A stretch of 63,068 nt of DNA, counting the filler. It is 6 parts of 6 records of this genome, joined end to end, with 100 filler letters (N's around TTAATTAATTAA, not from the genome) between each part and the next. Parts side by side here need not be neighbours in the genome. Positions count along the whole stretch, not along the records: positions 24,108 to 35,240 come from SRR31156797_16275; positions 35,341 to 50,846 come from SRR31156797_16277; 4 more parts are not named here. One strand, 5' to 3'. The position numbers were made by a program, and so were the translations under genes. How positions within the stretch are numbered: the first letter of the stretch is position 1; each line of letters begins with the position of its first letter. This document shows, piece by piece, positions 27,090 through 37,049 of this stretch. The notes under the pieces are model-generated. The model was not told the DNA's origin and did not search any database. It saw only the letters and a program-made list of their open reading frames with translations.

Positions 27090-30000
27090 TTATCTGACGA
27101 TATATTTTTCTTTTTGTCCCGTTTGCATTAAAAGGTGATTGACCTCTGCTTTGAGATCAATCATTTTTTCTTCGCGATCTATTGCCATCTTGTAAAAACG
27201 TTCCAGCTCTTTTAAGTTCTCATGACGCTCTTTTTCGGCCTCTTTTTGGCTGGTCAGGTCCACAAAGCTTTGCAGCACCATCTTTTTCCCATCAAGCATC
27301 ACCGGAACGACTGCATTGAGAATCGGCACTTTTGTGTTGTCCGCGGCAATCAATTCCCATTCGGCGTTAGTGTTCTGGTTATCGGGGTTCAAAACAGGAC
27401 AATTTTCATCGCCTTTGGCGCTGATGAACCGCTGGTACTGCTGTCCGACAATCTGATTCTTAGGCAGGCCGATCATTTTTGCCGCAACCGGATTAATATC
27501 CGCAATGGTCCGACTCGCAGGATCAATAATGATCGTACCTGTGTTGATTGCATTCAAAATGGTTTTAATTCGTTTCTCACTTTCTTTTAGCGCTTTCCGG
27601 GTTTTCCTTTTTTCGGTGATATCATCCATGACCCATATAACACCTTTGTTCAGATCCGTTGGGGTCCGTGCATCAAGGGCTTTGCCGGAAAGAGAACATT
27701 AGACAGCGGTGCCGTTTTTATTTTTGAGCTGATATTCCATTTGGACCTGTTCACCCTTGGCCAGCTGCGAATAAGCTTTTCCAATGAATGCATCGTGTTT
27801 ATTGGAGGTAAGATGCAATTGTGACATATTCATACCGCACATTTGTTGTGGTGAGTCATATCCCAGTATCTGTGCTGTTCGTTCATTACATCGCTGAATT
27901 TGGTTTCCTCTTATAAATAAAAGGAGGCCCACATGGGTGTTGTCAAAAATCTGCTGCAATTCGGCTTGAATCGCATTGACCGTCTCCTGGGCTTTCAAAC
28001 GGTCTGTAATATCCCGCAGGGTGCCCACAGCGTACCAGTTCTCTCCCATCTGGAAGGCCGACACCCCGACCTCAACGGGGATCGTGCTTCCATCGTTGTG
28101 ACGGGCCGTTAGCTCCTGCACTTTACCGACCACCGCTCCTTGGCCGGTTTCGGCAAAACGCTTCAGTCCGGTTTTTGCCTTTTCAATGTATTTTTCCGGC
28201 GCAATCAAGCCGTGTAAGTCCTTTCCCAAGGCCTGTTTCGCACTGATTCCGAACAATTTTTCAGCTGCGTGGTTCCAGTACATCACTCTCGCGTTTTCAT
28301 CAATCATCACCAGTCCGTCATGGATGGCTTCACTCATGGCGCGGGTTTTACGTTCGCTTTCTATCAGGCGCTGCTCGGTTCGTTTGCGTTCAGTCACCTC
28401 TTGGGACAATTTGCGATTCCAATAAAGGACAAACCCCAGAAAAAGGACTGCCCCGGTAATCACTTTTAAAACCAGCGAATAATCAATGCCTTTTTCATAA
28501 TGGACGCTGAGCCAGCGATTATAGATCTTTTGATGCTCCTGCTGCCCCATGGTATCCAGAACTTTATTAATGATTGAGACTGCCATGGGGTACTGGGGAT
28601 CTACACCAATACAGTGCTCCATCGTATAATCTGTTTCTCCGGCAATTTTAAGATTTGTGAACCCATTTTCCTGGATGCAGTTGGTGACAACCGCCATATG
28701 ACCTACAAAAGCTGATACGTTAAGATTGGCCAGCAGCAGTAGCCCGGATTTCACATCATCGGTCTGAACAAGCTCAAGATCCGGGTAATTGTTTTTTAAA
28801 TAATGATAACTGGTATATCCTTTGCCGACGGCGACCTTGCGGTTTTTTAAATGGGATATATCTGATATGTGAGTAACATTGTCCAGAGTCACAATTACAA
28901 AGGGAAATCGTACAAACGGTTTGGAAAGAAGTATGGGTTTGTCAATTTTATCTGTTTTCCCTAAGGCCGGCACCACATTAATATCCCCGTCAACGTATTG
29001 CTGGAGAACCTGATCCCAGGTGTCACTTTTATGAAACTTAAACTCAAGACCACTGCGCTGTGTAATGAGCTTGATATAATCGGCGATAATACCGTCAAAA
29101 TGATCGGGGTCATCAACAATTGACATCGGTTTCCAGTTCGCTTCACTGAAAATTAATGGCGAATGATCTGCCAGGAAATTTTTTTCTTTTTCTGTTAAGA
29201 CCAGCGTTTGGGGCTGCGCAGAGTAATACCGGTTCTCGCTTCTGGGAATCCATCTGCTTTCAACTTCGGCCAGTTTCTTTTGCGGGATGGCTGCAAACCC
29301 TTTATTAATAAGTTCCAGCATTTTTTTGTTTTGCTTTGTTACACTGGCGTGGATAGCATTGTTCAGCACATTTTGGGACCCTTTTTTCAGTTTCCCGGAC
29401 AAGCCCAGACGGTTCAAATCTGCTTCCACCGTCATGGTTTCATGAAGAATGGCTGCTACATCTCCTTTTAAAAGAGAGAAGATCAGTGCCTCTCCATCGC
29501 GTTTAAGTAGCGTTTTGATTTTAGGGTAATGTCGGGTTAGATAGCTTGCCTGATATGAACCCGACATTACCCCGACCCGGGAATCAGCAAGATCCTTCAA
29601 GGATAAATCCGGGGCTGGATTTTTGAAGAAAAGAGCGGTTTTAGACCGGTGAATAGGCATGGAAAAGGCCATCCATTGGGATCTTTCTTTATTCTTGAAT
29701 AATCCTGCGTGTATATCCGCTTCTCCGTTTTTTACCGCGTCAACGCTCTCCTGCCAACTGGATGGACGGAATGTAATCGGGGTTTGGGTCTTTTTACTCC
29801 ATAACTGCCACATCTCCACCAGAAGTCCGCTGGGGTTGCCTTGGGTGTCCATCATTGTCAAGGGCGGAAAGTGTCTGTCAATTGCAATGATCAATGTGTC
29901 GGCATCTGATTTTTTTTGTCCGGAGGCCCATTCTCTGGCAATATGCCGGGACTCACTGGGAGAAATCTGTTTCATGCCGGCCATGATGACCTTCAACAGT

Positions 30001-30767
30001 TCTGTGTTTCCTTGTTTTACGGCAGGAAAAAATTCATTGCTGTAAATCGGTGCGTTGGGTTGGAATTTAAACTGTGTCCGTAAATCATATTTTTGCAGAT
30101 AGTGTAGTGCAGTCAATGTGTCCGCCGCGAATACCAGGATTTTATTTTGTTGAATTGCAGACATCATTTCGTCATTATTGTTAAACGTAATCAAATGAAG
30201 CCCCGGCATATGGGTTTGTAACCATGCCTGCGCAAAATCTGCTTTAAGGACGCCTACGCAAAATGCCTTAAGCGTATTTAAATCCGCAGAAAGCGGGAGA
30301 CGTTTGTTCCAGAAAATATGGGACTGACTTGTTAACAGCGGCGGTCCATAATCAAGATATGCGTCTCTTTGTGTGTTGAAAAACAGGCCTGCATGGACAT
30401 CGGCACTACCGTTTTCTACCATTCTTAAGGTATCTTCCCATGGGGCCGGCGTGAATGTGATGTTAATCCCGGTTTTTTGTGAAAATAATTTCCATTTGTC
30501 AATGATGATTCCGTCAGGTTCTTTTTCATTATTTTGAAAATGGAATGGAACACAGTCTATGCTGTAAACAATGGCTATTGATTCCGATGCGTCGTGCGAT
30601 GCCGAAAGGGCGATCGGGGTGAAAAAAAGAAAAAGAAAAACCCAAAAGAGCCCCCATTGGCACAGTCTAAAAGAACCACGCTTCCCTTTGCGCTCAAACA
30701 TGACATTGACCATTATTGAATAAAAATACTGTAAAATTATGATGGTTTTCGTAACATCGATACCCAT
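27090..30767 (-). pseudogene. Membrane sensor (3 periplasmic solute-binding domains, TM, 3 PAS, C-terminal coiled coil) interrupted by an in-frame TAA at 27699-27701
   Basis: ORFs 27699-30767 and 27090-27629 share a frame; the read-through NGTAV*CSLSGKALD...GVIWVMDDIT is a complete PAC motif where Trp is expected at the stop. True start may be 30701. Confidence 0.82.
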
Positions 30768-31031
30768 TCATAACATTCGGTTCTGGATCTTTCAACATTA
30801 AAAAAGTCACGAATTATACCGGTAATATGTGGCTTTTGGGCACAAAGACGCCGGCGTCGTCATCGGGAAATTTTAAAATAGTTCTTTTTTTGTGTGACAG
30901 GTGTGTTCATAACTGTGTTGAAAACGTGTCAATAAGTTGCCTGGGTGTTCAAAACCTGATTGGAAATGTTTAAAACGCCAGAGCCTTCTATCTGCGCAGT
31001 TTCCTATGAAGGTCTACTAAGATTTTGTACA

Positions 31032-31046
31032 TGGCAAAATTTATGC
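31032..31046 (+). promoter_or_regulatory. Putative sigma-54 promoter
   Basis: TGGCAAAATTTATGC (GG-N10-GC) about 130 nt upstream of the response regulator. Confidence 0.45.
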
Positions 31047-31176
31047 GATTCCCCTGATTCGTAATTTTAGTCTCTTGAGAAAAAATTTAAAATGACTTAA
31101 ACTCATTCCCAGGTAATAAATTTCACGAAAAATTATCCGAATTAATGCGTCTAATACCATTCTATATGGGAGCCAA

Positions 31177-31911
31177 ATGACCAAGCGGTTTAATCATACA
31201 ATTCTGATCGTTGATGATGAGAAACCAATCGGGAAAGCGCTTGGGCGTTTGATTAAAAAAATCGGAATCCGTTCTTTTTACGCGGCTTCCGGTTCCCAGG
31301 CACTTGATCTAATTCAAAACTCAGAGGAGCCTTTCTCCATGATACTTTCGGATCAGAGGATGCCGGGAATGGAAGGCACCCAATTTTTGGAGAAGGCCAG
31401 GACCATCACCCCGGAGACTGTCCGATTCCTGATCACCGGTTATGCAGATATCGATGCGGTTTCAGATGCTGTGAATCGAGGCGCTGTTCACCGGTTTATT
31501 ACAAAACCCTGGGACAATGATAATTTATTGGAGATGATAAAGTCAGGGTTACAATATTACGAATTGGTTGTTGAAAACCGAAATCTGTTTGCGTTGGCTA
31601 AAAAACAAAACACCCTCCTGTATAATTTAAGCCAGGAGCTTAAACAAAAGGCGGCTGCGCATAAAGGGGTGATTGTGCGAAAAGAAAAACAGATCATTCA
31701 GTTAAAAAAACGATTGGAAAAAGGGGTTGATGAGGCAGATCATTTTGAGCAGATAGAAAAATTGCTTGAGGAAAACCAAATGCTTGAAAAAGACAGGATC
31801 GCCTTATGTTACCGGACTGTGATGAAAGGTTTTTTTCTAAGATTTAAAGACCTTGCTGCCCGTAACGGTTTTTTTATGCCGGCAGACAACGAACCGGGTC
31901 ATAAAGTATAA
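31177..31911 (+). CDS. Response regulator (receiver plus coiled coil)
   Basis: ILIVDDE, SDQRMPGMEG, ITGY and KPW motifs; GGAG RBS. Confidence 0.92.
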   Translation: MTKRFNHTILIVDDEKPIGKALGRLIKKIGIRSFYAASGSQALDLIQNSEEPFSMILSDQRMPGMEGTQFLEKARTITPETVRFLITGYADIDAVSDAVNRGAVHRFITKPWDNDNLLEMIKSGLQYYELVVENRNLFALAKKQNTLLYNLSQELKQKAAAHKGVIVRKEKQIIQLKKRLEKGVDEADHFEQIEKLLEENQMLEKDRIALCYRTVMKGFFLRFKDLAARNGFFMPADNEPGHKV

Positions 31912-31985
31912 TTTTATTTTGCAGTGAAGGGATTCGGAAAAAAGGAAAGCTTTTTTCGCGTTCCTAATGAAAAGGGGCATTTACC

Positions 31986-34454
31986 ATCGAAACCGAACAA
32001 CAGGAAAATAAAATCCTGATAATTGACCCCCAGGGGATACTTGAAAAGAAAACCGGTATTTTATTGGAAAAAGGATTTCGGGTAGATTATTTTACATCTT
32101 TCGCTGACGGCAGGCAATGCCTGGCCCAGGATTCCGCCTCCCCATATTTTTTGATTATTGAGGGATATGTTGAAAGAGGAAATGAACAAAAGACCATCCT
32201 GTCAGAGGCTAAAGAAATATCTCCGGAAACCCAGAGACTTCTGGTGGCAGAACCTTCCGCACTGCCCTCTTTTGTTAACGCAATAAATTCTACCGGGATT
32301 CATGCCTGCCTGCCCCTGCCGTTTACGGATGAAGACCTTTTTGTTCAAGTCAGACTGCGGCATGATGAATACGAAGCCGGCAGAAAAATAAAAAACCTGC
32401 AGAAAACCATCCAGCGTCAGAATAAGCAGCTGTTTCAGATAGCCCGCAATCTAAGAAAAAAAGAAACGCTGTATGCGGACCAAATTCAACAAAAAGAACA
32501 GGAAATAAGAGTTCTGGAATCCAGGCTCAAGAGCCTTTTTGGGGATGATGGGCTAGAACTTGGCCCGGAGCTTAAAACTCTTTTGGAAAAAGAAAATATC
32601 AGTTTTAATTCATTGGGCTTCAGACAGGCATTTGATGATATAAAAAAACGTGTCTGGGATATTTTTTTAAGTATTCTTTCAAAAAGAGGGCAATCCGAGG
32701 CATTTACGCTTTCACAAAGCGATCTCGTCGACGCTGTGACACCCAATATCGATCAATTGGATGAAATCATTGATGTCTCTGAATACGAATCCCTTGCCGG
32801 TCAACTGGTCCCGGCGTTTTTGAATGTAATGGTTTGGCGGGCCAATCGTGAACCAGAACGCGTTTCGGACGCAAAACAGCTAAATGCCCTAAAATATTTT
32901 ACCATTGAATTATCAGATAATAGGATAAGTGCATATATCCGGCTTGAAAAAAATACTCCTGAAACGGTGACGGTTTACATGATAGAACAGCTTCTTCACA
33001 AAAACGGGATTATTTTTGGCATCGTAGAAAAATCGTCCATCGAAGAATGGCTTTATGGGAATGCCAAAAAAGGAGATAAACTGCTTATTGCTGAAGGAAA
33101 ACAGGCTGTTCCGTCAACCCATGGAAAAATTCACTATTATTTTCCAATCAATTTCAGACGCGCAGGCAGATTAAACCCGGATGGAAGCATAGATTACAGG
33201 GACAGAGGAGAAGTTCCCCATGTGGAAGAGAACATTATGCTGGCCTCCAAAATCTTTCCGGAGCTGGGAAAACCCGGCCTGGATGTTAAAGGCGCGGAAA
33301 TACCAGTGACAGAGCCTGTGGACCCGACTTTTTCTGCCGGCCCGGGTACCCGGTTTAACGAAGAAAAGACTGCAATTTTTTCAACCACACGGGGCGAACC
33401 CCATTTGGATGTTATGGGGGTTGTCTCGGTCAATAAGGAATTCAAGGTAGAAGGTGATGTGGGGTTTGAAACCGGTAATATTGACTTCAATGGCAATGTC
33501 ATTGTCCCGGGTACGGTTAAGGAAGGTTTTAAGGTCAAGTGTGTTTCTCTCACAGCCAAGGAAATTTACGGCGCACAGGTCGATTTGTCAGGGGATTTGA
33601 ACGTTTCAATGGGTATTAGGGATACAAAGCTTGTCAATGTTAAAGGAAATATCCAGGCCAAATACATTCACAACTCAACAATAAATTCATTTGGAAATTT
33701 GACGGTTCAAAAAGAAATTGTTGATTCTACCATTTATCTGAGTGGAGCCTGCAACAATGAAAGGGGTGCCATTCTCAACTCGACCTTGTCGGCAAAGCTT
33801 GGGATTAAGGCCGGAACAGTGGGCAATGAATCTGCAGCGCCATCGGTTTTGACTGTGGGGGTGGATGAACATTTGATCCGTTTGGGGGATAAAATAAAAT
33901 CCAAGCTTTCAATGAACAGGAATATAATTCAAGAGCTTTCATCCGAGATCAGTCAGATGAAAGAGGTGGACAAGTGGCTTCACGGAACCATAACCGAGAA
34001 TGCACATATTCAGGATCGTGCCCAGATAGAGATTCGGGAATTTGAGAAAGAGCGGTCTGCTTTAAACGAAACAAACGATGTTGCTGCATTAAAAAGCATT
34101 TCAGATGCGATTCGAAAACTGGAAAAAAAAGCGAAAAATGCAGGGCAAAAAATTAATGAATGGTTTGAACGTCAGGACCAGATACATCATGATATCTTAG
34201 CAAAAGAGCTTAAAATAGAGGCATTTGAAAATTCAAACAAACAGCTTGTTGAAGAACTGGAAAATCTGGAACAGATTTCAAATAAGTTTGAGCCCATATC
34301 TAGGTTAGATATATCGAAGCATATTCAATGCAAGACAAAAATTAAGGCACCTCATTCGTATAAAATCGTTGATAGGTCCTGTTCTCGATGTGTCATAAAG
34401 GAGAAGCGTAAGGATGAAGGGGGGATTGTCTATTATGTAATGGACATTAATTAA
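31986..34454 (+). CDS. fapA: FapA/DUF342 family protein with degenerate N-terminal receiver domain
   Basis: DGSIDYRD, GDVGFETGNIDFNGNVIVPGTVKEGFKV are DUF342 motifs. The frame is open from 31971 and includes NKILIID upstream of the listed TTG (32064), so the start is uncertain. Confidence 0.85.
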   Translation: METEQQENKILIIDPQGILEKKTGILLEKGFRVDYFTSFADGRQCLAQDSASPYFLIIEGYVERGNEQKTILSEAKEISPETQRLLVAEPSALPSFVNAINSTGIHACLPLPFTDEDLFVQVRLRHDEYEAGRKIKNLQKTIQRQNKQLFQIARNLRKKETLYADQIQQKEQEIRVLESRLKSLFGDDGLELGPELKTLLEKENISFNSLGFRQAFDDIKKRVWDIFLSILSKRGQSEAFTLSQSDLVDAVTPNIDQLDEIIDVSEYESLAGQLVPAFLNVMVWRANREPERVSDAKQLNALKYFTIELSDNRISAYIRLEKNTPETVTVYMIEQLLHKNGIIFGIVEKSSIEEWLYGNAKKGDKLLIAEGKQAVPSTHGKIHYYFPINFRRAGRLNPDGSIDYRDRGEVPHVEENIMLASKIFPELGKPGLDVKGAEIPVTEPVDPTFSAGPGTRFNEEKTAIFSTTRGEPHLDVMGVVSVNKEFKVEGDVGFETGNIDFNGNVIVPGTVKEGFKVKCVSLTAKEIYGAQVDLSGDLNVSMGIRDTKLVNVKGNIQAKYIHNSTINSFGNLTVQKEIVDSTIYLSGACNNERGAILNSTLSAKLGIKAGTVGNESAAPSVLTVGVDEHLIRLGDKIKSKLSMNRNIIQELSSEISQMKEVDKWLHGTITENAHIQDRAQIEIREFEKERSALNETNDVAALKSISDAIRKLEKKAKNAGQKINEWFERQDQIHHDILAKELKIEAFENSNKQLVEELENLEQISNKFEPISRLDISKHIQCKTKIKAPHSYKIVDRSCSRCVIKEKRKDEGGIVYYVMDIN

Positions 34455-34552
34455 AAAAACAACCACACCGGACAACAGCACCAACGCCTCTTTGACTGGG
34501 CTGTTCCGGGAAATATTGTCGTTGTTTTCGGACCGCGTCGGCTTATAATCCA

Positions 34553-34990
34553 TCAGTTTTGTTCAAAATCAACAGCCGTACCAAAGGCCAGGACCTCCAC
34601 CTGTTTTCTTTTGCCCTTGCAAATGGATGAGGTTTCCAGGCGTATATTTATGATTTCGTCTGTATCGCTGCAGGATTCATGCAATCGCAGCAACGCCTCT
34701 TGTCGGGCCCGGTCCACCAGCGTTTCATACACGCGGAACTCACCACCGAAAAGATTTCGCAGGCCTGCTGCGAAGCGTTTGAAATAATCCACGCAGATGC
34801 CCACATTGCCGGAGACCAGTTCGCTTTTCCGGATGCTGCGCCAGGATGCCTTATCATACAGGGCAAAAAATTTGGCATGCCCGGCCCTCCATTTTGACAA
34901 TGAATATTCCTGTATTAACCACAGCCATGCAGGCCAACACGTCTTGATTAAATCATTTTTTCCTTTTTTCAACCCTGTTTTTTCAGTCAC
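34553..34990 (-). pseudogene. YbjQ (UPF0145) family, probably degraded at the 5' end
   Basis: DYFKRFAAGLRNLFGGE, DRARQEALLRL and EVLAFGTA are YbjQ-like; the first ~55 aa do not look like the family and no clear RBS/start is seen. Confidence 0.55.
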
Positions 34991-35084
34991 TTATATGATA
35001 TGTTTCTTTGCTTTATCAGGATGGTAGTGATAAAAAAGATACGGCAAAAAGAACAAGGCTACTGCTTAAGGAGAATTAACCCAT

Positions 35085-35240
35085 ATGGCACGTTTAAATG
35101 AGTTTGAACTGTCGTTTACAAAAGTTAGTGACAGTCCATTAATATACAAGGTACAGATCCCTTCGGAATGCACTTTTTTCCAGGATGTCCGACGCTACCA
35201 GAGTGTTGGGCCCCAGATGGAAATCCGGATTATTCCGGTG
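35085..35240 (+). CDS. Hypothetical protein, 3'-truncated
   Basis: AAGGAG RBS before the ATG; open to the contig end. Confidence 0.5.
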
Positions 35241-35340
35241 NNNNNNNNNNNNNNNNNNNNNNNNNNNNNNNNNNNNNNNNNNNNTTAATTAATTAANNNN
35301 NNNNNNNNNNNNNNNNNNNNNNNNNNNNNNNNNNNNNNNN
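35241..35340. other. Artificial contig spacer
   Basis: 44 N + TTAATTAATTAA + 44 N. Confidence 0.99.
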
Positions 35341-35401
35341 TTAAGAACCCTTTTCAAAGGGTTCTTAAGCATCTCTTAAACTTTTTGGTGCGCCTTCGGC
35401 G
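35341..35401. repeat. REP-like palindromic element at the contig edge
   Basis: TTAAGAACCCTTT-TC-AAAGGGTTCTTAA perfect inverted repeat plus a CGCC-TTC-GGCG mini-hairpin. Confidence 0.55.
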
Positions 35402-35428
35402 AAGTGGATTGTTTGGGGAATTCGGGTG

Positions 35429-36835
35429 TTATTCGATCGTATCAAGGTCCCAAGGTTTGCGGATGAACATGCCGGGTTTGATGTCCGGGTGGTCGCAGAT
35501 CAGCAGTCCCTTTTGGCCGGGATGGGATACGTCGAGGCCGATACCTTGGTCATTTTCTACACCGTAGTCTTCGCGAGAAAGGCGTGGGCGGATCATGCCG
35601 GGGATGAGAAGTTCCATATCTTCGGATGTGGTCCAGCGTGACTTTGTTTGGATAAGCCATTTGCCATCGCCAGCCGGTTCAAGAATACGGCCAAGAACTG
35701 AGCGTTTTTCGCCGGGAGCCGGTGGCTCGGCAATAGCTCCTCGATTTTGAGGGTCGAAGAAGCCGGTGGTCAAAGGACGGGTCGCTGCATTAACCAGTTC
35801 AGTCAGATATTTTTCAGCTTGAAATTGGTTGGCTGCGACATCGTTCAGGCCAGTCCGGTATGCATCCACAACCTGCGCGAGATATGCAGAACTTTTGGTG
35901 CGGCCTTCCAGCTTTATGGAGGCGACTTTCATGCGCGAAAACCATTCCAGATAATGCAGGAGACACAGGTCTTCAGCTGCGAAAAATTTGGTCCACCGTT
36001 CATTGTCTAATGCCAAGGACAAAGCCGGATCAGCCGGAGGAGTTGTCTTTTCTTCATCACCAAGTGGTGCAAAAGTAAAGTCTTCGGACGGTGTCTCAAA
36101 GGTGAAGTCGTTTGCCGGAGCTTCGCCTTCTTCGCGGATTTCCCAGAGGTTCTCCCCGGGACGGGTGCGTTCTTCAAAGGTGATGGCAGTGGGGCGGTAT
36201 TCATAACGACACGGGTGCGAACATTCTCCGAGATTGCCGGGGCGGTCGTTGAGCAGGGCGGACATGTAACACCGGCCTGATATGGCCATGCACATGGAGC
36301 CGTGGACAAAGACTTCAAGTTCCATATTTGGCATCTTTTTTCGAACCGCATCGAGCATCTCTGTCAACTCACCGGAACGAAGCTCTCGGGCAACATTGAC
36401 CCGCCTCGCACCGTTTTCCCGCCAGAAACGGACGGATTCGGAATTGGATGTGTTGGCCTGTGTCGAAACATGGACCGGAATTTCCGGTAATTCACGGCGT
36501 AATAAGCGAATGACGCCGGGGTCGGCTGCAATCACGCCGTCAGGCTGGAGTTCGCCCAAAGTCTCTATTTGTTCACGGACTTGTGCCATCATTGATTCAC
36601 GTGGGTACACGTTCAATGTATAATAGGCTTTTACCCCTGCTTTTTTGGCTTTTGCCAACCCTAAAGCGAGGCTTTCCTTGTCAAAACCGCCAGCCCCTGC
36701 ACGCAGGTTCAGGCCGTCGCCGCCAAGATAGACAGCGTCCGCACCATACAAAATGGCGGTTTCCAATTTTTCCATGTCGCCCGCAGGCGCCAACAATTCC
36801 GGTATATATGTACGAGTCTCAGGCATGGTCGCCAC
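35429..36835 (-). CDS. Peptidase U32 family protein (TrhP/YegQ-like tRNA hydroxylation)
   Basis: ELLAPAG, GADAVYLG, HVSTQAN, Fe-S Cys motifs HGSMCMAISGRC and CSHPCR, KLEGRTKS. Confidence 0.9.
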   Translation of the reverse strand: MATMPETRTYIPELLAPAGDMEKLETAILYGADAVYLGGDGLNLRAGAGGFDKESLALGLAKAKKAGVKAYYTLNVYPRESMMAQVREQIETLGELQPDGVIAADPGVIRLLRRELPEIPVHVSTQANTSNSESVRFWRENGARRVNVARELRSGELTEMLDAVRKKMPNMELEVFVHGSMCMAISGRCYMSALLNDRPGNLGECSHPCRYEYRPTAITFEERTRPGENLWEIREEGEAPANDFTFETPSEDFTFAPLGDEEKTTPPADPALSLALDNERWTKFFAAEDLCLLHYLEWFSRMKVASIKLEGRTKSSAYLAQVVDAYRTGLNDVAANQFQAEKYLTELVNAATRPLTTGFFDPQNRGAIAEPPAPGEKRSVLGRILEPAGDGKWLIQTKSRWTTSEDMELLIPGMIRPRLSREDYGVENDQGIGLDVSHPGQKGLLICDHPDIKPGMFIRKPWDLDTIE

Positions 36836-36984
36836 GCTACATTAAACTGCACAGGTGCGCTAGGTGGAATTTTGGAGGTTCCCGGCGGCTTCCTTTCTTC
36901 TCCTTTTCCTCAACCTTTTGTGTCGCTTTGTGAAGTGTGAGGTTGGAAATCAGGATCTTTATGAAATATAAAATATGTTGGAAT

Positions 36985-37020
36985 AAAAAAGCGAGACCAG
37001 AGTTGCATCCTGGTCTCGCT
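36985..37020 (-). terminator. Rho-independent terminator
   Basis: AGCGAGACCAG/CTGGTCTCGCT stem with T6 on the minus strand, after the PHP gene. Confidence 0.8.
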
Positions 37021-37049
37021 GAAAATGTTTTTGAAGTCAGGTGGCAAGA

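Noticed and set aside
27699-27701. Stop-codon recoding (Sec, Pyl or alternative genetic code) at the sensor's internal stop
   Set aside because: The codon is TAA, not TGA or TAG, and TAA ends other genes on the same contig (27090, 25343, 31911, 34454).
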